Below are positions 41,027-49,949 of a stretch of DNA of 64,000 nucleotides, piece by piece. Both the position numbers and the translations under genes were made by a program. Below the pieces are notes generated by a model. That model was not told the origin of the DNA. It did no database searches and saw only the letters and a program-made list of their open reading frames with translations. Location of the stretch: NCBI GenBank assembly GCA_965213675.1, contig OZ243916.1:320001-384000 (forward strand), read 5' to 3'. Source of the stretch: an uncultured Candidatus Binatia bacterium. Its GTDB lineage: Bacteria > Desulfobacterota > Binatia > UBA9968 > JAJDTQ01. Every line of letters starts with the position of its first letter. Within the stretch, counting starts at the first letter, position 1.

Positions 41027-41055
41027 TTGACCGGGTTTCCGAATCGGCCTATGCT
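41027..41055 (+). promoter_or_regulatory. Sigma70-like promoter of ligAB
   Basis: TTGACC-N17-TATGCT. Confidence 0.55.
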
Positions 41056-41102
41056 CGGCGTTTTCCACTGGGCCAAACGGCTGTTTTTCAGGGGGATGGA
41101 CC

Positions 41103-41465
41103 ATGAGCGGGACACGGGACGGGCTGCAGAGGATTGATGGCACCTACGTCTTTGACGGTGCTCGGTCGAGCAAGGGGTACCGTCTCAACAAGTTCTTCTT
41201 TTCCCTCAACCGGGCCGGGAACCGGGCGGTCTACAAGGAGGACCCCGAGGCGTTGATGGATCGTTTCGGGCTGTCGGACTGGGAGAAGGAGAAGCTGCGC
41301 GCGAAGGATTGGCTGGCGCTGGGGCGGGAGGGCGGGGCCAATATCTATTTCATGTACAAGATGGGCTCGGTGACGGGCGACAGCCTGCAGCACATCGGCG
41401 CGGCGTTCCGAGGCGAGACGCTGGAGGAATTCCTGAGCACGCGCAAGGTCAAGGGAGCGAGATAG
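41103..41465 (+). CDS. ligA: Protocatechuate 4,5-dioxygenase alpha subunit (LigA family)
   Basis: GTYVFDGARSSKGYRLNKFFFSL, GANIYFMYKMG, G.SLQHIGA. Confidence 0.85.
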   Translation: MSGTRDGLQRIDGTYVFDGARSSKGYRLNKFFFSLNRAGNRAVYKEDPEALMDRFGLSDWEKEKLRAKDWLALGREGGANIYFMYKMGSVTGDSLQHIGAAFRGETLEEFLSTRKVKGAR

Positions 41466-41466
41466 C

Positions 41467-42315
41467 ATGGGCAGGATCGTTGCAGGAATCGGCTCGTCGC
41501 ACGTGCCCGCGGCCGGCGCGGCATTCGACCAGGGCAAGCAGGACACACCCGAGTGGAAGCCGCTGTTCGACGGCTACCGGCCGGCCATGGAATGGCTGCG
41601 GGATGCGCATGTCGATGTCGCGATCTTCATCTACAACGACCACGGTTCGGACTTTTTCTTCGACAAGTATCCCACCTTCGCCATGGGCGTGGCCGGCAGT
41701 TACCCGCCCGCGGACGAGGGCTGGGGGGCGCGCCCCCTGGATCCGGTTCCGGGAGACCCCGAGTTCTCGTGGCACATGGCCGAGTCGCTGATCCGGGAGA
41801 GCGAGTTCGACATGACCGTGTGCCAGGAGCTGTCGGTGGACCACGGGCTGCTCATGCCCTTGCCGCTACTCTGGTCGCACCAGCCTGAATGGGACATCAA
41901 GGTGGTGCCGGTGGCGGTCAACGTCGTGCAGCATCCGTTGCCCACGGCGCGGCGCCTGTGGAAGCTCGGTCAGGCCCTGCGCACGGCGGTGGAGAGCTAC
42001 CCGCGGGACATCCGCGTGGCGGTGATCGGCACCGGCGGGCTGTCGCACCAGCTTCACGGCGAACGCTTCGGTTTCCGAAACGAGGAATGGGACCGGCGCT
42101 TCATGGAACGCATTGTCAGCCGGCCGCAGGAACTGGTGGAGCTGTCGCACCACGACTACATGGTGCAGGGGGGCGCCGAGGCGGTGGAGATGATCATGTG
42201 GCTGGGCATGCGCGGCGCCCTGTCCCCCGAGGTGCGGCTGGTGCACCAGAACTACTACGCGCCCATGCTGACGGGCATGGGACTGCTGCTTCTGGAAGAC
42301 GCCGGAAACTCGTGA
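41467..42315 (+). CDS. ligB: Class III extradiol dioxygenase beta subunit (LigB family)
   Basis: SSHVP, YNDH, VDHG, GTGGLSHQLHGER, GGAEAVEMIMWL. Confidence 0.88.
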   Translation: MGRIVAGIGSSHVPAAGAAFDQGKQDTPEWKPLFDGYRPAMEWLRDAHVDVAIFIYNDHGSDFFFDKYPTFAMGVAGSYPPADEGWGARPLDPVPGDPEFSWHMAESLIRESEFDMTVCQELSVDHGLLMPLPLLWSHQPEWDIKVVPVAVNVVQHPLPTARRLWKLGQALRTAVESYPRDIRVAVIGTGGLSHQLHGERFGFRNEEWDRRFMERIVSRPQELVELSHHDYMVQGGAEAVEMIMWLGMRGALSPEVRLVHQNYYAPMLTGMGLLLLEDAGNS

Positions 42316-42327
42316 GCACGACACTGG

Positions 42328-42482
42328 GAGTCTGTCGGGTTAATCAAGAGTCTGCTGCGAGGCAGGGAAATGGGTCCATTCCCGGTTGGGTTTTTGTCCA
42401 ATATTACCAATATTCTCCTCAAATCCGCCCGCAACTGGCCTTTCTCCCCCTCTCGTTACGATTCGATAAACCCGACAGGTTC
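42328..42482. mobile_element. MITE (155 bp)
   Basis: TIRs GAGTCTGTCGGGTTAATC / GATAAACCCGACAGGTTC (15/18 match); CTGG on both flanks; lower-GC interior. Confidence 0.7.
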
Positions 42483-42572
42483 CTGGGGCGCGCGACGGCA
42501 ACGTGAAAAGACGTCATTTCCGGATTGGCTCGGAAGTCCCCTAAGCGCGACACGTTTCAGTGGTCCGCCCGG

Positions 42573-43352
42573 CTATTCCTCCGCAGGCAGCCCCACCGTA
42601 TCGGCCACCCGCTGGGCATAGTGGTTCCAGGCCCACTCGTAGATCCTCGACGCGGTGGCCTGAAGGCCCTGTTCCACCACGAAAGCGAAGGCGTCGATGT
42701 CCGCTTGGGAAAGCGGGTTCGGGCGAGCGCCGCCCGTGGCGCGGGCGGCGTCCAGGGTGACCTTGGCCAGGGTCTCCAGGCGCAGGCCCAGCAGGGTCAC
42801 GGCTTCCACGGTGGGGCCGATGACGGTGAGCCCGTGGCCGCGCATGAGGCAACAGTCCCGCTCCCCCATGGTGGCGATGAGGTCGGCCGCCAACCCCGGG
42901 CTGTCGATGAGCACCGACCGGGGATACACGGGAATCCCCTGGATCGCGGCGCTCACGGCCAGGGGGTCGTAGCAACCGTAGATGGGGCGCAGCTCGAATC
43001 CCGCGATGGTGGCGACAACGCAGTGGTACGGGTGGGCGTGCAGCACGGCTTGGGCCTCGGGGCGCGCCTTGTACAGTTCACCGTGGATCGGCAACTCGAT
43101 GGGCAGCCGGTAGCCGTCCATCTGGTCCGCGGTGCGCTCGAAACGGACTCGGCGCACGTGGCGCTCGTCGGTGTACAGCAGTCCCTTTTCCGGCGCGGTT
43201 TCGTCGCCTCCGAGGCAGCGCAGGAACATTTCATCCGAGTCTGGAATGCGCACCGAGAGGTGCCCCAGCAGGTCGCCCAGGCAGCCTTGGCTTGCCAGAA
43301 TGCGGGTTCCGAGCGCCACCTTGCGCCGTAGGGCCTGTAGCAATGCGTCCAT
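42573..43352 (-). CDS. Class II aldolase/adducin family protein
   Basis: GHLSVR, E.PIH.ELYKARP, AVLHAH, LMRGHG. Confidence 0.88.
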   Translation of the reverse strand: MDALLQALRRKVALGTRILASQGCLGDLLGHLSVRIPDSDEMFLRCLGGDETAPEKGLLYTDERHVRRVRFERTADQMDGYRLPIELPIHGELYKARPEAQAVLHAHPYHCVVATIAGFELRPIYGCYDPLAVSAAIQGIPVYPRSVLIDSPGLAADLIATMGERDCCLMRGHGLTVIGPTVEAVTLLGLRLETLAKVTLDAARATGGARPNPLSQADIDAFAFVVEQGLQATASRIYEWAWNHYAQRVADTVGLPAEE

Positions 43353-43442
43353 GGTGATCCTTTCGCTCCGCCGGTTTCGCGCAGCGGCGCATGCAGACGG
43401 ATAAACCGCCTGTGCGGCGGTGTGTCAAGCGTGTCGTCATTC
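43330..43442. repeat. Direct repeat copy 1 (aldolase 5' end plus upstream region)
   Basis: 113 bp, repeated at 44377-44488 with one substitution and one deletion. Confidence 0.9.
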
Positions 43443-43599
43443 CGGCTCGCTACACCTCTCCTCCCGACGGCGAGGGTCGCGCGGATGGAGACGGCGTTGG
43501 GACGGCGGCGCAGCAACAGGAACCGTCAGCGGATGGAAGCTCGAATGGCGATTTGAGCGCCTGCCGGATGCGCGGATAGACCCACAGAAAGACGTCCAC

Positions 43600-43628
43600 T
43601 TGCATGGTATGCGGCAATGCCGCATAAT
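43600..43628 (+). promoter_or_regulatory. TA promoter with overlapping palindromic operator
   Basis: TTGCAT-N17-CATAAT; TATGCGGCA-A-TGCCGCATA at 43608-43626. Confidence 0.7.
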
Positions 43629-43635
43629 ATATCCG

Positions 43636-43965
43636 ATCAACCTCTACATCACGCGGACCTATGAGCGCGCCATTCGCAGGCTGCTGCCGGAAGATGCCCG
43701 CAGCGAAATGGAGGCGGCCATCGTCGCCGCTCCGCAGGCCGCGCCGGTCATCCGGGGGACGGGCGGTATCCGCAAGCTGCGCTGGGCCGGTTCCGGCCGG
43801 GGCAAGCGCGGCGGCATCCGCGCGATCTACTTCTGGCGCGCTAGCGCGGAGGCGATCTACATGCTGACGGCCTACGCCAAGGCGGACCGTGACGATCTGA
43901 CGGCGGCGGACCGAAGGGCGCTGGTACGGCTTGTGACGGCCATCGAACGGGAGAGGCAGGGATAA
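43636..43965 (+). CDS. RelE/HigB2-family toxin (start uncertain: ATC at 43636 or ATG at 43609)
   Basis: VIRGTGGIRKLRW...GKRGGIRAIYF...YMLTAYAK..DDLT. Confidence 0.8.
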   Translation: MNLYITRTYERAIRRLLPEDARSEMEAAIVAAPQAAPVIRGTGGIRKLRWAGSGRGKRGGIRAIYFWRASAEAIYMLTAYAKADRDDLTAADRRALVRLVTAIERERQG

Positions 43966-44279
43966 TGACAGACAAACGAACCGAGGCCGGGCTTGAGATA
44001 GAGACGGCACTGGGCGAAGTGCTCGCCCATGTGCGGGGCGAGACCGCGTTGCCCTGCCGGATCGTGGACGACCCTGCGGCCGAGCGGATCGTCGCGCTCC
44101 GCAAGCGGATGAAGCTGAGCCGGCAGAAGTTCGCCGACCGTTTCGGGCTGGATGCGCGCGCGATTCAGGACTGGGAACAGGGTCGCCGGGTTCCCGACCG
44201 GGCGGCGCGCGTGTTGCTGACCGTGATCGACCGCGAGCCGGATGCCGTCACTCGCGCACTTGCGCCGCCAGCGGATTGA
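43965..44279 (+). CDS. HTH XRE antitoxin (HigA2-like)
   Basis: LRKRMKLSRQKFA..FG....IQDWEQGRR.P..AARVLL.VI..EP; TAATG coupling to the toxin. Confidence 0.88.
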   Translation: MTDKRTEAGLEIETALGEVLAHVRGETALPCRIVDDPAAERIVALRKRMKLSRQKFADRFGLDARAIQDWEQGRRVPDRAARVLLTVIDREPDAVTRALAPPAD

Positions 44280-44376
44280 TCCAATCAGGTTGCGAAACGA
44301 TTACGGTTCGATACGGTAACTGAAAAATATCAACAATAATAACGAAGTAGTAGATATCGTGGCACCATTGTGCCGG

Positions 44377-44488
44377 AGGGCCTGTAGCAATCGTCCATGG
44401 TGATCCTTTCGCTCCGCCGGTTTTGCGCAGCGGCGCATGCAGACGGATAAACCGCCTGTGCGGCGGTGTGTCAAGCGTGTCGTCATTC
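44377..44488. repeat. Direct repeat copy 2
   Basis: 112-bp copy of 43330-43442; the deletion frameshifts the duplicated aldolase start. Confidence 0.9.
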
Positions 44489-44489
44489 A

Positions 44490-44570
44490 GGCCCTCCCTC
44501 CGTCATTCCCGCGAAAGCGGAATGAGGGAGGGAGGGCCGGAATGACAGTCGGTGCCGGGGTAGGAATGAC
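44490..44570. repeat. GTCATTCC/GGAATGAC palindromic repeat cluster
   Basis: GGCCCTCCCTCCGTCATTCCCGCGAAAGCGGAATGAGGGAGGGAGGGCC hairpin plus two further GGAATGAC units. Confidence 0.55.
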
Positions 44571-44645
44571 AGTGGGAGATGGGTTGGGGCGTCATCGCAT
44601 CCCAATTGAAACCACCGCGGCGTTCATCTATGGTCAGGCGGTTTC

Positions 44646-46244
44646 ATGACCGCCTACGCCACCATACACGAGTTGTTGTCGCACCAGGTCGCGGAGAGGC
44701 CGGAGCGTCTCTGCGTGATTCACGAGGATCGGCAATGGACCTACGCGGAACTTGCCGTGGAGGTGGGGCGGGTGGCGCATGCGTTCGCGGCTCTCGGGCT
44801 TCGGCCCGGGCAGCGTGTCGCGATTCTGCTGCCCAATTGTGCGGAGTTCCTTTGGACGGTGTTCGCCATGGCGCGCACCGGCGGCGTGTTCGTCCCCCTC
44901 AACACGGCCCAGACCGCGGACGAGCTTCAGTATCTCCTGGCCCACTCCGAAGCCCGTTACCTGCTGACCACCGATGCCTTCCTGCCCTTGATCCAGGGCA
45001 TCCGCGGCGACTGTCCCGGCCTGGAATGCGTGATCACCCTCGACCCCCGCGGCGGGCAGGGCGTCCTGGGCTGGGACGAGTTCATCCGCGGCGCCGAGCG
45101 GCGCCCGGCGCTTGCGGAAGTCTCGCCCGGCGATCTCGCCTCCATCATCTACACGTCCGGCACCACCGACCGGCCCAAGGGCGTGATGCTCAACCATCAT
45201 GCCTTCGCTTTCGCCCCGAGCCACCGCGCGCGGGCGCTGGGCTGGACCGCGGGCGACCGGGTGCTCGTGGTGATGCCGCTGTTCCACGTCAATGCCTTGT
45301 GTCACATGACTCTGGCGATGATGAGCGTGGGCGGCGGCGTGGTGCTGAAGGAACGGTTCAGCGCGTCGCGTTTCTGGGACGACGTGAAGCGGCACGGCGT
45401 CACCACTTCGAGTATCATGCAGACCATTCCACGCATCCTGCTGAACCGGCCGGGCGCGCCCGAGGACGCGGACACGCCGTTGCGGCAGGTGATGGCGCTG
45501 TTGCCGCCCGACGTGCATCTGGAGTTCGAACGGCGTTTCGGCGTCACCGCCATCCCCACCTACAGCCTCACCGAGGACCTGCTGAGTGTCCTCGGCCCCC
45601 TGGACGCTGCGAGCCGGAAGCTCGGCAGTTGCGGCGTGCCCATCGCGCCGGAGGTGCACCGGGTGCGCATCGTGAACGACGAGGGGAAGGACTGCGTGTC
45701 GGGCGAACTGGGGGAAATCGTCAAGCAGAGCCCGGCGGTGATGATGGGCTACTACAAAAACCCGGAGGCCACTGCAGCGGCCCTCCGCGACGGCTGGCTC
45801 CACACGGGCGACATCGGCGCCCTGGACGAAGACGGTTTCCTGTACTTTGTGGATCGCAAGAAGGACATCATCAAGCGCGCCGGCGAGAATATCGCCTCTG
45901 CCGAAGTGGAGCGTGTTCTCAACTCCCACCCCCTGGTGGCCGAGTCCGCGGTGGTCGCGGTGCCGGATCTGATTCGCCAGGAGGAGGTGAAGGCGTGCAT
46001 CGTGCTTGCGGATGGCGCTTCACCCGAGATGTTGCCGCCCGAGGATCTCTGGCGGTTCTGCGCCGGGCATCTGGCGCCGTTCAAGGTCCCCCGGTATCTT
46101 GACTACCGGGCGGAGCTTCCCAAGACGCCCAGTTCCAAGGTGCAAAAGAACCTGCTGCGTCAGGAAGGCCTGGCCGCCGGCGTTGTGGACCGCCACGCCC
46201 CTTCACGGCCTTCGTCCGCGCCACTTCCCTCCGGTTCGCGGTGA
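44646..46244 (+). CDS. ATP-dependent acyl-CoA ligase (CaiC-like AMP-binding enzyme)
   Basis: YTSGTTDRPKG, PLFHVNA, YSLTE, GWLHTGD, DRKKDIIK..GENI, PKTPS.KVQK. Confidence 0.9.
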   Translation: MTAYATIHELLSHQVAERPERLCVIHEDRQWTYAELAVEVGRVAHAFAALGLRPGQRVAILLPNCAEFLWTVFAMARTGGVFVPLNTAQTADELQYLLAHSEARYLLTTDAFLPLIQGIRGDCPGLECVITLDPRGGQGVLGWDEFIRGAERRPALAEVSPGDLASIIYTSGTTDRPKGVMLNHHAFAFAPSHRARALGWTAGDRVLVVMPLFHVNALCHMTLAMMSVGGGVVLKERFSASRFWDDVKRHGVTTSSIMQTIPRILLNRPGAPEDADTPLRQVMALLPPDVHLEFERRFGVTAIPTYSLTEDLLSVLGPLDAASRKLGSCGVPIAPEVHRVRIVNDEGKDCVSGELGEIVKQSPAVMMGYYKNPEATAAALRDGWLHTGDIGALDEDGFLYFVDRKKDIIKRAGENIASAEVERVLNSHPLVAESAVVAVPDLIRQEEVKACIVLADGASPEMLPPEDLWRFCAGHLAPFKVPRYLDYRAELPKTPSSKVQKNLLRQEGLAAGVVDRHAPSRPSSAPLPSGSR

Positions 46245-46269
46245 AACGGACGCGACTCCTTCCGGCCCG

Positions 46270-47169
46270 TCAGTTCCGGGTAAACATGCTGGCGTGCACG
46301 ATCATCTCCTTCAGCATCAAGGCCTGGCCCGCCATGAGCGGGTCCATGGCGCGTCGTTCCATCCCGAGTCCGATCCCCCGCGTGTTACTTGTCTTCATGA
46401 AGGCAAACCGTCGGACGGCCCACATTGCCCTCTCCGCCGACAGGCCCACGGTATCCGTGGGATCCGGTGGGGCTTCCAGCAGGTAGGAACGGACCAGCCC
46501 GCCCCAGTGGGTCTGCAGAAGCTCGGGCGAGCCGAACACTTCCATGGCCTCGACCCACGGACCGTGCGTGACGACGATCCCGTTCTGTTGCGGCAGCGGC
46601 CCGATCTTGACCAGGCTCTGTATTGCCCTGAGTCGGGAACGGTCGCGGTGGAGGATTTCCGTGACATTGGGGGCAGCCGTGGGAGGAATGGTCACGTCCA
46701 TACGCAGTTGGAGTTCCTTGATGGCCTGCCACACGACGGCCTGATCGCTGTGATGCCGGCCTTTGCGCCGTCTGGAAGCGTTGAGCGATTCCATCAGTCT
46801 GGCGCGAACGCTGTACGGGGTTCGTGAAACGTCGCGCCGGTACTCCCGGTGGTCTCCCCATCGACCCGGTCCCACGCACGAAACGGGAAGGCGCACGTCG
46901 CTCATCGGGGCCACCAGCGCGGTCGCATTGACGCATCGGTCCTGATCGCCGCCGAGAAGCTCTTCGCCCTCGACGATGAGAATCGGCTTGTCCGTGGGAT
47001 TGCGCGCGGTCAACTCCGGCATGGCTGGCTGAGCGAGCTCTTCGATGCGGAGGCCGTCCGTGGCGATGTCGGGCAATTCGTTGCCGGTCAAATAGAGGGG
47101 AAAGAACGAAACGCCGAGGCGGGTGACGGGGTAGCCGACGGATGCGGTTTCCAGTCTCGTGATGGGCAT
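46270..47169 (-). CDS. ARPP-1 / DUF6569 family protein
   Basis: PEL..RN.TDKPILIVEGEELLGG.Q.R.VN...LPVSCV..GRW and SDQ..VW pattern; GGAGG RBS. Confidence 0.7.
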   Translation of the reverse strand: MPITRLETASVGYPVTRLGVSFFPLYLTGNELPDIATDGLRIEELAQPAMPELTARNPTDKPILIVEGEELLGGDQDRCVNATALVAPMSDVRLPVSCVGPGRWGDHREYRRDVSRTPYSVRARLMESLNASRRRKGRHHSDQAVVWQAIKELQLRMDVTIPPTAAPNVTEILHRDRSRLRAIQSLVKIGPLPQQNGIVVTHGPWVEAMEVFGSPELLQTHWGGLVRSYLLEAPPDPTDTVGLSAERAMWAVRRFAFMKTSNTRGIGLGMERRAMDPLMAGQALMLKEMIVHASMFTRN

Positions 47170-47208
47170 GGGATGTTTCCTCCAGGTATCTGTATCTTGA
47201 CATTCTGG

Positions 47209-47241
47209 ATTCTAACGAAGGGCAGTGACATCCGGGGTCAC
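47209..47241 (-). promoter_or_regulatory. Candidate WYL-activator-dependent promoter
   Basis: Minus strand GTGAC-N7-GTCAC palindrome; TGTCAC-N10-TAGAAT spacing. Confidence 0.5.
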
Positions 47242-47410
47242 GGCTTCGTGACATTTGTGCGAAGTGGTCGAGACAAGGAATGAGAACGGCCGGAAGGCCT
47301 GGAGGAGTGATTTCGCAGCCTTCGGACGGGCCTTGACAACGAAACACGCAACGGATGATGATGGCCGGGGCGGCAAGGCCGTCAAATTCCGAACACAGAA
47401 GGGACGCACC

Positions 47411-49231
47411 GTGGCAAAAAACAGCACCGCACTAAAGCATCGACCGCAGGAACTGGGAACACCGGACATGCGCTGGGGCAGCGACGTCGTCGCCGCGGTG
47501 GCGCGCGAGCTCGACTTCAAGTACATCGCGCTGGTTCCGGGGGCGAGCTACCGCGGTTTCCACGACAGCTTGGTGAACTTCCTGGGTAACGAGAACCCGC
47601 AGATGGTCACGTGCCTGCACGAGGAGCACGCCGTGTCCATCGCCGACGGTTATGCCAAGGCCACGGACGTGCCCATGGCGGTGGCCTTGCATTCGAACGT
47701 GGGACTGATGCACGCCACCATGAATATCTTCAACGCGTGGTGCGACCGCACGCCCATGGTGATCTTCGGCGCCACGGGTCCGGTGGACGCGCACAAGCGA
47801 CGCCCCTGGATCGACTGGATCCACACCGCCGCCGACCAGGGCGCGCTCATCCGCAACTACACGAAGTGGGACGATCAGCCGGCCTCGCCCCAGGCGGCGG
47901 TGGAGTCCGTCCTGCGGGCCAGCCAGATGGCCCGCACCGCGCCTTGCGGCCCCACCTACGTCTGCCTCGATGTGGGACTTCAGGAAGCGCCGCTGACCGA
48001 GGACGTGCAGATTCCGGACGTCTCGCGTTTTGCGCCGCCGGCGCCGCCCTGCGCATCTTCCGCCGTGGTCAAGCAGACGCGGGAGGCTCTCAAAAAGGCC
48101 AAGTTTCCCATCATCCTCATGGGGAGGATGTCCCGGGGCGAAGCGGATTGGGAACGCCGCGTCAAGCTGGCCGAGGCCCTGAACGCGCCCGTGCTGACCA
48201 GCTCCAACGACCCGTCCTCCTTTCCCACCACCCATCCGTTGCACCTCGCCGCGCCGGGACTGCGTCCGTCGAAGCAGGCCGTGGCGCTGATCAAGAAGGC
48301 GGACGTGATACTCAGTCTCGATTGGCTGGATCTGGCGGGGTATCTGCGCGGTTGCCTGGGGGCGTCGCAAACCCAGACCCCGGCCAACAAGACCATCGTC
48401 CACTGCTCCATGGACACGTACCGCACCAACGGCTGGAGCATGGATCATCAGGCGTTGCCCGCCGCGGACGTGCCGGTGGCGGCGTGCCCGGACACCTTCG
48501 TGGAGCAGTTGCTGGATGGGTTCGGCCGCAAACGTCCGGCGCCCGCGGCGTTGAAGACCCTCACCCATTGGACGCGCACTGCCCCCGGCCGGGCACGGCC
48601 CAAGGAGGGCGTCCCCATGACGCTCATGGACATGGCCCTGACGGTGCGCGAATTCTCCCGCAGCCGCCCGGTGACGTTCGCGCGCCTGCCCATCGGCTGG
48701 CCTGGCGAAGCCGCGGAGTTCAACAGCCCGTTGAGTTTCATGGGCAACGATGGCGGCGGCGGCGTCGGCAGCGGTCCTGGGCACGCCGTGGGCGCCGCGC
48801 TGGCCTTGAAGGACAAGGGGCGGTTCGTGGTGGGGGTCCTGGGCGACGGCGACTATCTCATGGGCTGCAACGCGTTGTGGACGGCCACGCACATGGATCT
48901 GCCGCTGCTCGTGGTCATTGCCGACAACCGCTCCTACTTCAACGACGAGATGCACCAGGAGCGGGTTGCGGTGATGCGCGAGCGGCCAGTGCAGAACCGC
49001 TGGATCGGGCAACGGCTGGACGACCCGCCCGTGGACTTGATCGCCATGGGCCGCGCCCAGGGCTTCGACGGCGAGGAGCCGGTGTCCACCGCCGAGGATC
49101 TCGCCGCCGCCCTGGAGCGGGGCGCCGAGGTCGTGTCCAAGGGCGGGCGCTACGTCATCGACGCGGTGGTGACGCCGGGTTACGCTGACGCTGGCGCCGA
49201 TCAGCGCTCGGACATGACCATGAAGAAGTAA
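47411..49231 (+). CDS. Thiamine pyrophosphate-binding enzyme
   Basis: PGASYRGFHDSLVN, LHEEHAV, GDGDYLM...N motif; GTG start inferred. Confidence 0.88.
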   Translation: MAKNSTALKHRPQELGTPDMRWGSDVVAAVARELDFKYIALVPGASYRGFHDSLVNFLGNENPQMVTCLHEEHAVSIADGYAKATDVPMAVALHSNVGLMHATMNIFNAWCDRTPMVIFGATGPVDAHKRRPWIDWIHTAADQGALIRNYTKWDDQPASPQAAVESVLRASQMARTAPCGPTYVCLDVGLQEAPLTEDVQIPDVSRFAPPAPPCASSAVVKQTREALKKAKFPIILMGRMSRGEADWERRVKLAEALNAPVLTSSNDPSSFPTTHPLHLAAPGLRPSKQAVALIKKADVILSLDWLDLAGYLRGCLGASQTQTPANKTIVHCSMDTYRTNGWSMDHQALPAADVPVAACPDTFVEQLLDGFGRKRPAPAALKTLTHWTRTAPGRARPKEGVPMTLMDMALTVREFSRSRPVTFARLPIGWPGEAAEFNSPLSFMGNDGGGGVGSGPGHAVGAALALKDKGRFVVGVLGDGDYLMGCNALWTATHMDLPLLVVIADNRSYFNDEMHQERVAVMRERPVQNRWIGQRLDDPPVDLIAMGRAQGFDGEEPVSTAEDLAAALERGAEVVSKGGRYVIDAVVTPGYADAGADQRSDMTMKK

Positions 49232-49272
49232 CGGCGGCGCGGGACACGCAACTCCCACGGAGACCAAGCCTT

Positions 49273-49304
49273 CGGCAGGGGCGACCGCCCGGTCGCCCCT
49301 GCCG
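49273..49304. repeat. REP-like hairpin between convergent genes (possible bidirectional terminator)
   Basis: CGGCAGGGGCGACC-GCCC-GGTCGCCCCTGCCG; related copies near 32972-33000 and 63782-63807. Confidence 0.65.
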
Positions 49305-49348
49305 GGATTCCTGCCTTGCGGTAAATTCCCGGAAATCCGGACAGGCGC

Positions 49349-49930
49349 CTATACGTCGAAGAACACGGTTTCGCGCGTACCCTGCAGGTGGATGTCGAAG
49401 TCGTAGGCCGCGGGCGCGGCGCGGGATGGGCGCGGGATGGCCAGCAGGGTGTCGCGCCGACCGGGCTCGGTGAGGCTCTGCAACACCGGGTCCCGGTGGT
49501 TGGCGGCGGTTTCGTCCGCGAAATAGATCCGCGTCGTCAGGTGCTTCAGCAAACCGCGCGCGAATACGCACAGGGAAATGTGCGGCGCCTGCACGCTCTC
49601 GCCCGGTCCGGGCACGCATCCCGGCTTGACGGTGACGATGCTGAACCGGCCGTCGCCGTCCGTGATGGCGCGGCCGAATCCCTCGAATCCCGCCACCAGC
49701 GGCGCCTCGCGCGTATCTTCGGCGTGGGCGTAGCGGCCGTGGATATTCGCCTGCCAGATCTCGATGACGCAGTCGTCCACGGGCTCGCCCGCCCCGTCGA
49801 GGATGCGTCCTTCAATACGGATGGCGCCGGGGTCGTCCGGCGCCGCCAGTTCGGCGCCGCCTTCCCAGGGCGCCATGATGCGGTGGAACGGGCCGATGGT
49901 CTGGGATGGTGTCGTTCCGCGTGTGCTCAT
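49349..49930 (-). CDS. pcaG: Protocatechuate 3,4-dioxygenase alpha subunit
   Basis: TPSQTIGPF, EIWQAN..GRY, GFGR, QAPHI..VFARGLL, ETVFFDV. Confidence 0.93.
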   Translation of the reverse strand: MSTRGTTPSQTIGPFHRIMAPWEGGAELAAPDDPGAIRIEGRILDGAGEPVDDCVIEIWQANIHGRYAHAEDTREAPLVAGFEGFGRAITDGDGRFSIVTVKPGCVPGPGESVQAPHISLCVFARGLLKHLTTRIYFADETAANHRDPVLQSLTEPGRRDTLLAIPRPSRAAPAAYDFDIHLQGTRETVFFDV

Positions 49931-49949
49931 ATCGCGACCCCTTTCCGCA

